From contig CM068758.1 in assembly GCA_035084275.1 (NCBI GenBank), positions 372,001 through 436,000 of the forward strand: DNA of 64,000 nt. The letters run 5' to 3'. This document shows, piece after piece, positions 26,406 to 37,600 of the stretch (its first letter is position 1; each line of letters starts with the position of its first letter). A program made the position numbers and the translations under genes. The notes beneath the pieces were generated by a model that saw nothing but the letters and a program-made list of their open reading frames with translations, was not told the DNA's origin and ran no database searches. The DNA is from Hydrolagus colliei (taxonomy: Eukaryota).

Positions 26406-29369
26406 ATGGCTATTGTAGGATTTACCCATTTAATCTGGGATCCATTGTCCACACACGAACAACAACAACAACAACATTACATTTGTGCAGTGAAACCTTT
26501 CACGCACACATTCCCAACAGGTCACTGGCTTTCGCTTGTAACAAAACATCAAAGGATGTGTCTCTCGAGGAGATGAAGGGTAATCTAATCTGTTCAGGTG
26601 TCTGTCCGTTCCCCCACCCCCACAGACAGTTTGGTGAAGCCGGTGAAGTATTACCAGTTACCATCTGTGTGTGTGTGTGTGTGTGTAAAAAAAAATACAC
26701 TATTTTCTGTGTTGTTCAAAAATCAGCAGGAAACGGCCTGAGCTCAGGGCAATGGGACCTTTTTTTCCCCAAAACGAGCCCCCCCCCCCCCCCCACCGGC
26801 TTCACTCACGGGGGGTTCCAAAGGTACGATAACATGACTTTTGAACTTCAGGAACATTTGGAAGAATAAACATTGCGTCCAGAGATCCCTCCCCAGCTAA
26901 TTAAACCCGTGAGTCAGTGTATTCACTACAAAAACACAGGACAGGGAGGACAAAATAGCTCAAGTATCGTTTACAACCAACTCCCACCCACCCCCCCCCC
27001 CCCCACTTGAGAGAGAGAGAGAGAACACATACGTGTCCATCCATCTGTGTCTATCAGCGTTTTGAGCTGTTAACTCCCCTTCCAGAGACAGGCCGTGGAG
27101 TAATGCGCTACTTGGATTTGATGTACAGTACAGGACAGGACAGTACAGCCCATTCTCTCACAGTCATTCAGGCTTCGAAACGCTTCCGAGGTTCTACCGT
27201 AAATTGTAGTCACTCAGTGGAACCCAGCTACTCGCAGAACCCCAACCCCCCCAAGCCCCCCAACCCCCCCCAACAGTACATTTACAGAGCGCCTTTCGAG
27301 TCGTGTGGACGTCCCAAGGCGCTGAACAGTCTTGGGGTCGGCATTGCCGCCGAATGGTGTGAAAACAACATTCAGGGAAGCGGGGCCTGGTCACCGACAT
27401 TAGCCATGCGTAGCCGTGACGTCACATTAGAACTTTGGGTCCCTCCCGATAATTGATGAGTACTGTATGTGCAATCTGATGAGCGAGTTCGAGGGTTAAG
27501 TGGGAGCAGCTGCATCTGGTAATTTACGTCGATGGCAATAATGTGGTTTGTAGCCTCATTACCACTTTGAAAAATCACAAGGAACGTCCTGCAGCGCTGA
27601 TCAGGGTATAACGTAAAAGCCTCTCCGCAGGCCTTGGCTCTCCCTCTCGTATCCCGTCAGCACCACACGCGTGGGTGTATCTCGATCTCTACAAACCTAC
27701 AGCCGATCACCAAACAACCCTGAGTAAGAGTTGTGTTTGTTCAGCAGGGTTATCGATAAAGAAGAAGTCTTTGGTCTCAACGCAAACGGAGCTGCGCGTG
27801 GCTCCTGCTACCATCTCACACCTTCCAATGGATTGTTTGTACCGTCTTTACACAACAAATGTTGCCACATTTTGTCTAAAAAGGCTCCACATTATACATC
27901 ATTATCCTCGATTGTATTCATCCCCAGATGCCCATCCCATCAACCTCATGGCTCTGTTCCAGTGGACAGAGAAGGCAACTTCCCCCACTGTTTGCTGTGG
28001 CACAAACGATCTGGATCTCCTTTCTCCGGATTAACTTGGTTTCTATTCTCTCCCTCCCACACACACCCCCCCACCCCTCCCCACCCTCTCCACTCCCCCC
28101 ACCCTCACCCTCCTCCTCATCCAATATTAACCCCCAAATCTTCAAGTGAATAGTCTATTCGTCCCTCCCTATTCCATTGAAAGACTGAAGGTAAAAAGGC
28201 ATTCGGAATAGAATCTATCTTCCCCACACCCCTGCCCACCCCACCCCCAAACCGCACGGTCACTCACTTTGCGTGTCCCAATTCACCCCGATTTGGGAAA
28301 TCTGGTGATTTTATTGTGAATATCTTACGAGGAGGTGAATCTCACCCGACGAATCTAATGGATGCCTTTTCTTTGTTCTCCCCCCGGAAAACGGACACAA
28401 AAGAAACTTGAGAGTGTAGTTTTCGCTCGGCTGGTCAGGTTGTCTGGACCAGTCAGGCCCGGCTGGTTACCTGCCGGTCAGTAAATCAGGTTTTTTTTAA
28501 ATTTTATTTTATGCAAAAAAAAATACCCAAGAAATCCTCAAACCCAGTAGATCCACAATTGCATTTGGCAATTTCTCTTTGTCTACACAGTAAAAGCCAG
28601 AGCTTCGCTCTCGCACCCCTGACAGGCGAGACTTCAGCCAATCCTACCACCCCCCCACCCCCCACCCCTCTCCCAGGCTTCCTCGTGTTCTCTCCTCTCC
28701 TCCGCACTATCACTCCGCCTTCAAACCTCTGGTGTGTTTTGTGTTTAAGAGGCAGTGGGTTGATTCCTGGCTGTGAATGTTGCTGGGGCCGGCTGTCTCC
28801 AATGCGTTAGGTTTTTGGGGGTATACATATCAAAGAGACAGTTAGATTTGCACATTCTGGTGAGTGGACGCGTTAACTCTTGATGGATTTCCCAGACAGA
28901 GAAGGCAGCCACTTTCTCCCACCCACCCCCTGACTGACAGTGTAATTCTATTCCGTGTTGATCTTGTCTCTGGTCTGCCCCGCGTGGCTGCCCCCCCCTA
29001 CCCCACCTCTCCCTTGCCCCCTCCTCCCCCCCTCCTCCTCCAACACAACACAAAGAGACCAGCCGCTCCAAACTCTGCATTCTTTCCTTCTGCTGTTGTC
29101 AAGGCGACGGCTCCCACTGATGAAAGCCACATCTAACCGGGTGATGTTTGGACAACCAGAGGCCGACCTCCCAAAAGAGTTTGTCTTTTGAGTTTTGCTG
29201 ATCACCTCGTGGCTCATGAAAAACCAATTCATCTGCAACGTCCAAGTGTAAATTGTTGCTGCGGTGAGGGGGGGGGTGGGACAAACCCATTTCTTTGGTA
29301 CCCGGGGGGGGGGGGGGGGGGTTATAGTGAAGGAGTGAGGCAAACCATGCCAATGATTCTAATCTAATC

Positions 29370-29600
29370 ATAATAATAATACAGCAATAATAATCTTTGC
29401 ATTTAGATGCGGCAGCTTTCCACAGCTTCTAGACCGAACGTCTCAAAGCGCTTCGCAGAATATACTGTCAAGTGAATCGACTGTATATATATTTGTGGGA
29501 GAGCGAAACGCAGCAGCCAATCGCACACAGCAGCGTCGCCCCCACCCACACAGTCGTGGATTGAAGTGACCAATTTATGATTGTTTTTTGAGGGATTATT
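29370..29600 (-). mobile_element. SINE core/tail, reverse orientation (further tails at 4775-4890, 13270-13330, 21731-21905, 24380-24620, 24750-24820, 27275-27330)
   Basis: Recurrent motif (AAT/AAC)n...tttcacgtc...gtctcaaagcgcttcac...gaattgactgtatat...gcagccaattgc...ccccacaaacag, typical of SINEs with a conserved core and an L2-derived tail. Confidence 0.65.
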
Positions 29601-30207
29601 ATCAGGCTTATGGTATGGGATGTAATGGGTTTATCAGCGGTCTCTGCTAGGATTCTTCCTTTGATTCATGGGAGTGACAGTCACACGAGGACAGTTGGAA
29701 AGGAAACCAAAGCCCATGACCAATTTGGGTCTGGGCTGACGTACGTACACAAGCTGTGAGGAGGGGGGTTGGATTCGGGAGCGGTTCGAAAAATATTAGG
29801 AAAAAGAGAATGGGATCGATCCCAATCTCCTGGGCGTCGATCCTCCGAATACATCGCTAACAATGGCCTCCAAAAAGGAATGGGCACAGATGGACTACAC
29901 TCTGTTTCTGAGGCAAATTCCCCTCTGTGGGAAGCAACATTTTAGGTTGTGTTTATATGTGTTTGGGTTGAGGGTCGAGGGAGCAGGAGGGGGGGGGGGG
30001 GTGGGGGGGGGAGGGAGGGAGGTGGGGGGAGAGGGTGGTGGGGGAGGGATCATATTCTCGTTTTTCACCCCGATCTTTGTGTGCAGCTGTTCTCCCCAGT
30101 AACAATTCTCTATTGACTGAAGTCGTCAACTCAACTGACCTTTGCTTGACAAGAATGGCGGTGGGAATAAATCCTAATCATATATTATGCAGTGAAGTAC
30201 AGAGAGA

Positions 30208-30238
<31 letters not shown>

Positions 30239-31055
30239 TAAAAAATAATATCTTTGTGGACAGTCATTTTAAGAAAAGACAAAAGGGGCTTTGAGAAACA
30301 GACAGACGGACTCCCAGTCAAACAGACTCTTCCCAACTCAATCTGAATAACTCCCCACATTCCTGCCTTTGTGCTGAGAGTGTAGATTTACAGTATAAAC
30401 ACAAAGAGGAAACCAAAAAAAGCTGGGAGAGGCCTGGCTGTTCTTGTGTTTTGTGTGTGTGTGTGTGTCCCTCACTTCTCTACAGTCAATAGGTACAAAA
30501 CACAAGACAAGGTTTGACAATAATTGAGTCGTATATAAACATGTTCAAAAGTGTAAATGGATACGGTTGGTCGAACGGGATGATTAATTGCGCGGAGTCC
30601 CCTCGGCTAAGTGGAGCGGGCGAAACGCTGGGTGTTTTGGAAACCGCAGGACCTCATCACAAAGGACGTTCAGAGTAACTCCTGCCAAGTGTAGTGACTG
30701 TCTTAATTTGTAGGCCAAGATGTTAGGCAATTTTATCCATTGCCACCAAACACAAAGGGGTCATTTTGTTTTTATACTGTCTCCGGGGAATTCAGGATAC
30801 AGGACACCCATCTCTTTTTGAATAAGAGGTGAGATCCATCAAGATTCACCTGAACCCCAAGGTTTACTCCCTGCCTGGAATTGAAGCCAGGTCTCGTGCC
30901 ATTGACAGTGCCATTGAACAGTAACTTTGGTTACCAATGCACTTGATGGGAATCGTGCAGAGGTATTAAATGGAGAGTTGGCGAGATTCTCCATTGAGAG
31001 ACTAGGAAGGAATTGGGTGTAGTGTTGGGCAAGGTCCCACGAAAGCTGGGAGTCT

Positions 31056-31088
<33 letters not shown>

Positions 31089-31169
31089 GACTCTGGAAGA
31101 GAGAGAGGCCCTAACCAAAGACAAAAAAAAACACCTTTGACAAGCAAAGACACATCAAACCAATCATCG

Positions 31170-33975
31170 CTTCTGGCGATTGCAACAAGTTTTTATTTGA
31201 CATGACATCAAGTTATATAAATGTACATGTACGTAAACCAAAAGTTATAAAGAAATAAAAATCAAAATAAATCCCCAAATGAACAAGCGCGACTTGTACA
31301 AGATACATTTTTTTTGAGTGGAAATAGTTTTACAGCTGCTTTTATTTTTAACTTTCACAAGCGAAACCTTTTATACGCAAACAGAAACACTAGCCTGCAC
31401 CAATTTTCAATGTCCTGATAAGATTACGGTTGACTGGATATCCTTGATCGATCTCGATTAAAACAAACAACGAATCAACCTTCTGGAAATGGAAGGCCTA
31501 GAATCGTATCAACATAATTGGAGGATCCACAAGTTTTCAAGACCCCCCACCTCCCCACCAATTTCTACAGTGTAATAACCAGGGCTTCAAATATTAACTA
31601 CGTTTCCAAACATTAAGGTTTCCACTAATCCGCCCCCCCCCCCACAAAAGCTAGTGTAGATTAATTAAGTGAGACGTCACCACACAATTGACACGTTACA
31701 CATCGCTCCACGTGGCACTTCTCATTCCCTACACGATCTGCTTCTGGGACAATGCTTATTAAAAGGTTCCACATTAAACAGAAGTGTTTGGGGGGGAAAT
31801 TTCTGCCCCCCCCTCCCCCCCTCCCACCCCCCCACCCCCCCCACCCGATCCCCCCCCACATCATAGGACAAGTTACAAGATCACATGCATTCTCCAGAAA
31901 GACGGCGCTGGGGTCAGTGATTGCGATGCTAAATTATCAGATTATTTCCTACCATTGAGACAAAAAAAAAGCTTCTTGGTTCACAAGGCCTGCCCCTCCT
32001 TCACCTGCAGAATCCACGGTCACACGAGATGGGTTTCCAAACAACAATCCTTACACACGTTCATCCCCACTCACTCACTCACACACACACACACACACAC
32101 ATTACTGTAGATATATATATTTAAGTATGTATCGGTCACATTTCTCTCCACTCAAAAGAGACTGACCCACATAGGAACCCAAACCCATTTGCTTTGGATC
32201 TGTCCAGAGACCTTGGTTCTGTCTACACCACCGGTTTCCCCAGCTATGACCCAGACCCACCGACCTTCTCATGGGCAGTGTTGGCACAAGGGAATGTAAC
32301 GAAGAGATGGAGACAAGACTTTCCAGTTCTACGGCGAGAGAGATTCGAGGTTTCAACACCCGTTTCCAGAATTAACCCTATTTTTGAACAACTTCCAGTT
32401 GAGATACATTTCCACTCCTCGCCTCTCAGTCGGCAATTTTGAGGTTTAAAAAAATTAAACGCTCAAAAAAAAAAGTGTGCACTTTCATCTAGTTCCAGTG
32501 ATAAATGAAATGTCTAAACAGATAACAAATTTCCAGATAGAATGGATTAGAGGATTGTACTTATTGGGAGGTTTTTCTTGTTGAAATGTTTCCTCACCGC
32601 TGTGGGTTTACACGTTTCTCAATGGGATGTTTGGCTCTGAGGAATTACATTTCGAGATGACGTCAAAAGAGAGAAAACAGAAGATCACAATCACAAATAA
32701 TGGCATCAACAAAAAGAAAAAGGTTTTGGCATTAACACAGCGACTGCGACATTCACGTGGCTCTGGAGAGAAACAGAATCACTTCTATTCCTCTAAAACA
32801 TGCAGCAAACATCTACCTCTAGTCTAGTGCCACGGCAGACGCATTGGTGAAAAACAAAATAACTTAAAAGACCGAAGAAAAAAAAAAACAGTGAACTTAA
32901 CAGAGAATGGAGAAAGTGGGAGAACGGAAACAGACAACCCAACACAAGACCAGCTCATGTCAATCCAGATGATACAACTTCTAATTTCGGATGATGGAAA
33001 TCTTTTTTTTTAAAGTTCTCTTTAAAAGAAAAACTTAAGTCTACCATCCAGACGTCCTACAATCTAAGCATCAACGGCTTGCACCAGCTAGGAGATCTGA
33101 AGTTAACCTTTTCAGCGATGCCATAGTCAATCGCTTCCGAATGGCAGCTGTGTACAGAGGTTACAAGCACTAGGCTTGAATCTGCCCAACGTGATCTAGG
33201 TTGTCACCTCTTGTCTGAACTGTGCTGTAGAGATTGCAATGTGAGAAGGGGGTTGGTTGGTTGGGGAGGGTGGTGGGGTGGGGGGGTGGGGGATTGCTCA
33301 ATGATGTAAGACTTCAGCTGGAAGATTAAGAGTGGACAGGTACCTGGGAGATTGGTCACCTGTTGCATGAGGAGGTTCTGGATTCAGGGCTTCACTTTGG
33401 GGCACCACATTTTTTCACCATCTTTCCCCCAAAAAAGGCAGCGAACTGGCAGGAAGCAGAGGAGGTCCTGGAAACAGCTAGCCCCCCCCACACACACCCT
33501 CCACCCCCAAAACGAGTCCGCATTATGTGGCCGGCTGGCAGATTCAAAAGCCTCAAAGCGATATTGTTGCTCGAACCTTTGGAGCCTCAAGGCGCGTGAA
33601 GGACCCTTTGCCAGAACACAGCCCCAGTGAGGTTGGCGTGTGTGTTCAGGTCACCCCAACACAAAACAAATGGCTTCTTCTGAGAACGTTACAAAGTTGG
33701 GGGGTTGGGGGGGGGGGGGGGGGTGTTGGAGGGGGGGAGGGGGGAAGGGGGGGTGAAGGGGAATTAAGGTAAGAAGAGATTTGACCTGTACAGAGGACCT
33801 ATAAACAAGTGAGACCACCTCAATAGCAGCTACTGCAGCACCAAAATGATTACAGAGAAAAAAAAACAGGTCTGACCGCAAACATTGGCAAGGATACGCA
33901 GTGAAAGGCAGAGCAGGCAGGGCAGGGCAGGACGGCACAACGATGCTTGGAAAGCCACTTATAGATAAAGTGCGT
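31170..33975 (-). other. FSCN1: FSCN1 3'UTR (about 2.8 kb) with distal poly(A) signal
   Basis: Minus-strand AATAAA at 31192-31197, followed by a GT/T-rich downstream element and preceded by an AT-rich terminal UTR segment. No obvious interspersed repeats between the stop and the signal. Confidence 0.65.
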
Positions 33976-34152
33976 TTAATATTCCCAGAGGGTGGAGGGG
34001 TCGATGGTGTCCGCGGAGGCCTTGAGGACGCCCGCGTGGTCCCCCTTCAGATACTTCCCATCCACCTTGATGGCCACCTTGTTGTAGTCGCAAAACTCCA
34101 TCAGGAAATCCACCGGTTTGTCACTGCTACTGGTGACGGACGAGTCGCTCCA
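33976..34152 (-). CDS. FSCN1: Fascin-1 last coding exon, partial (5' end lost in the gap)
   Basis: Reverse complement reads (W)[57 protein letters not shown], matching the fascin-1 C-terminus (human ...[44 protein letters not shown]). Convergent with RNF216, as at human 7p22. Confidence 0.96.
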   Translation of the reverse strand, partial: WSDSSVTSSSDKPVDFLMEFCDYNKVAIKVDGKYLKGDHAGVLKASADTIDPSTLWEY

Positions 34153-34352
34153 NNNNNNNNNNNNNNNNNNNNNNNNNNNNNNNNNNNNNNNNNNNNNNNN
34201 NNNNNNNNNNNNNNNNNNNNNNNNNNNNNNNNNNNNNNNNNNNNNNNNNNNNNNNNNNNNNNNNNNNNNNNNNNNNNNNNNNNNNNNNNNNNNNNNNNNN
34301 NNNNNNNNNNNNNNNNNNNNNNNNNNNNNNNNNNNNNNNNNNNNNNNNNNNN
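34153..34352. other. Assembly gap (exactly 200 N, placeholder size)
   Basis: Run of 200 N that interrupts the FSCN1 exon on the left and an intron of the array on the right. Confidence 0.99.
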
Positions 34353-34641
34353 TCTCTTTCCACCGATAGCCAGGCTTCTCTCTCTCTCTCTCTCTCCCTT
34401 TTGCAGTGTAACGTCGGCTTCATTTTAATTCTCTCATTCCTGCTCCCTGCGTTAGGCCGACAAACCGTCAACTCTCTCTCTCCGCTCAACCCCCCCCCCC
34501 CCGCCCCCACCGCCCTCCCCATTTATGTGGACATGTAAAACGAGTTTGGGTCAACTGCTCTTGTCAAATAATATTACCTTCTTATCTACCGTTTGGTTGT
34601 ATTTAATTATTGAATGCTAAAATCTTGCAATTGTTATTTAG

Positions 34642-37600
34642 TGTGAAAACATTGAGTGCTGGATACAATTCTTTCGAACCAGCCAAACAGAAGGAAATCT
34701 ACAATGGCATCAAAACGTACCTCCAAGAAGGTAAACGTTATTGTTATTTTGGTTAAAGTGATCGTAGTTGAGATGACAATTTGACTGTATCCATGTGTAA
34801 GGAAATTAATTTAGTGCAGCTCTGGTTGCTGGTACTTGTAAAGCTAAACCTAAAGCCAGTAAGAGATTTTGGCTGGTGCTGGTGGCGGTGAGGAAGAAAC
34901 TAGGAATCAGAATAATTTTTTAATTTGACTTTTAGATGAAAACATTAAAGACAGAGTCAAAGTGTTTGTGAAGTATTAAACACACGTTCAACATTAATTA
35001 GTAAAGTTGATTCTCAAATGAATTGAAGCCTTTGTGTAATCACACTTTTCATTCCTTTGTACAGCAGGTCCTAAACCCAAATGCTACAACGCCAGTGACG
35101 CAGCTCTGAACTCTACTGCTTGGTTTGTTAACTACCTCGGACTATACCTGAGCCAAGTGACAGAGGCTGATCTTCTGTCTTTCTCTGATAACAAAGCAAA
35201 GGTAATTGTGAAGATAAAGTCAGCAGAAAACTTTTCTAAGTGTTTTATGCAGAAGAATAAGTTTTCAATGGCTCAATTCTCAATGCAATGCTTGACAATT
35301 CTGCTGTTAATCAGATTATTAGCTGTTGTTGTTGGCTGTGTCAAGGAATGTATGTGTAGATCATTATATGGGTCATTCAGTTCTGGGTTGTATTTCAATC
35401 CACCTCAACTTAATGCGATGGAAGTCACCAAATGAGATCAAAATTGTCTCTGTGGGTTGCCAACCATTTTTGAATTCCCCTTTTTCTTATTAGCCAATAT
35501 AAAGGTAACTGCTGTGGCCTGGCCAATATTGCCCCCGATTCCAAAATTCACAAAAAAAACAAAACCCTTTACATCGATTTGACAATTAACATCGCTGATT
35601 ATGAGAAGCTGCTACAAGAAATTGGCTTCCACATTTGCCCGCACACCATCCCATATTGAATATCAGACTATTTCACGAAGTGAATCATCACCGCATCACA
35701 CCTATTGATCACTGTTCTTGGTTGAGTAAACGTTGCTAATTTCATTTCAATGTTTGTGTTTCCAGCTTCAGGAATTCGCAGCTGATCCTGACAATCTGGC
35801 ATTGCTGGGAAACGTGACGTTGCCAATTGAAGTTGCGAAATTCTGCATTGCATTGGTGCTTGAAGGGAATCCGAATGTTAATATAATAAGGTATGGCAAT
35901 ATATTTCCACCCAAAGATATGAAATCCAAGTTTCTGGTCGAAATCACCTGTCGATCATCGTTCAGGAGGTAGATATTCACAAGTAGAAATTGACTTAAGT
36001 TTGCCAATAAGTAGACAATGATGCCAAATGATTGGACGTTCTTAGTTTTTGATCAGTGTTACTCAAGTCACAAGGAGACACTCTAGAGAGCCATTTTGGG
36101 ATGACCTTGTGGAGAGTCTCATTGGGGATCACTTAGTATCAGGGAGACCTGTTGGTCTGTCACTGACGCAGATTGCAAATACTGTTTTCCAGCCTGCCCG
36201 ATTCTCTGATTTGCTTGATTGCTGGTACAAACGCTCTTCGGTCCGCGAATGAGCAGCAAGTCTTGGCTGTAATCCAAAAGAAAAACCAAGTGTGTCGGGT
36301 GAGCCCCAGCAACAATACAGCACGGCCTCAAGCACCTGTGACGGACGAACAACTGAAGGTAAATAGCAAAGAGCGTTTGACCACCTTGCTGCTCCAATGG
36401 GCTGTCCTTCAGCAGCCAGGTTTGATAATGTGGTCAATATGTGTCGCCTGAATAAACCTGGCACCCAATCTGTTGACTCTGAGGCTTTGAGTGAAGACAT
36501 TTGGCGAAAGGCACAGAAGTCCACGGTCATTGTTGGGAATTTTTAAACGTTTTTCAACTTGATGTATGCGTCCAGTGAAGCTTGAGGACTTACTCTGTTC
36601 TTGTTTCTACAGTTCTCCATATATTTAGTGAGCCAAATTACCAACTTCTCTGTGGTTACTCTGAATCAATTGGGGCAATCAGCTGTGGGTCTATCACTGA
36701 AGCAGATTGCAGATACCGATCGAAATAATCTTCAGCAAGCCCTGCCAAGCCTGGGGCAAGTTATGGGTTGGAATTTTGGACAAGTCCACTTGATTGTGAG
36801 GAATGTGTTGAGCAATGGCTACCAGGTAAGACTTGTATTTATATCTGAGTCCACAAAACGCAGCCTGTAATTATTGTGATTGCATGGGTTTTTATGCAAT
36901 ATACGAGGCATGTTGAGTGGTGGTTAGAGCACTCACCTTCCAAGCGTGAGACCTGTGTTTCGAATCCAGGCAGGTCAAGGCAATGGCTTCCCAATGTTAG
37001 ATGTCGTTTAGAGAAACCTTGAGGTGAGCACATCTCTGGGTTAAACAAACTGAATGACAGGCAGAAAGCAACAAGGGAAGCCAAATGGAAACGGTTTGGA
37101 TCAAACGATAAACCTCACGACTCAACTTTTGTTTCCCCCCCCATTACTCCTGAAAACCTTCCATTTGTTTTCTTTGTTGAAATAGATCCGAGATGAACAG
37201 ACGCTGTTGAGTCTTGGAACCGTCATAGCTGGATGTCCAAGCAGACAATTCCAAAGCATTGAGCACAGACTACTCACCAATGTAACCAGAGACCCGGAGT
37301 TTGTGATCAATATTCAACAGGCCCCACAAGTTGTCCAGAGATTGATCGTTCTGAGGGTGAGTGATCATGAAATATCTGTCAGTAAGCGTCAGGAATATAA
37401 ACCCAAGCCACGCCTTGTTTCCTATTGAGGATTGTATTTCTAGATTGGTTCAATCCTGCCTGCAGACAGTCATAATACTAAACAAAAAACTGCTTGCACA
37501 GTGTGTTTTTGGTCAATTCTGTTGTGTTTAATTCCCATTCAGATATTGAATGCATCAAGTGGCAGTGCAGAAACAGTAAAGGACATTCCCCCAGGTCTAG

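Noticed and set aside
29980-30240. Long poly-G/G-rich tracts as special G-quadruplex elements
   Set aside because: Poly-G/C runs and (GT)n/(GA)n tracts occur throughout the left half and look like a general genome feature.
34353-34500. Small differences between unit 1 and later units beside the gap as real divergence
   Set aside because: They are confined to about 150 bp at a contig end and are mostly 1-bp indels, typical of low-quality consensus.
33901-34522. ORFs running through the N gap
   Set aside because: Artefacts of N translation. The real coding frame is FSCN1 on the minus strand.
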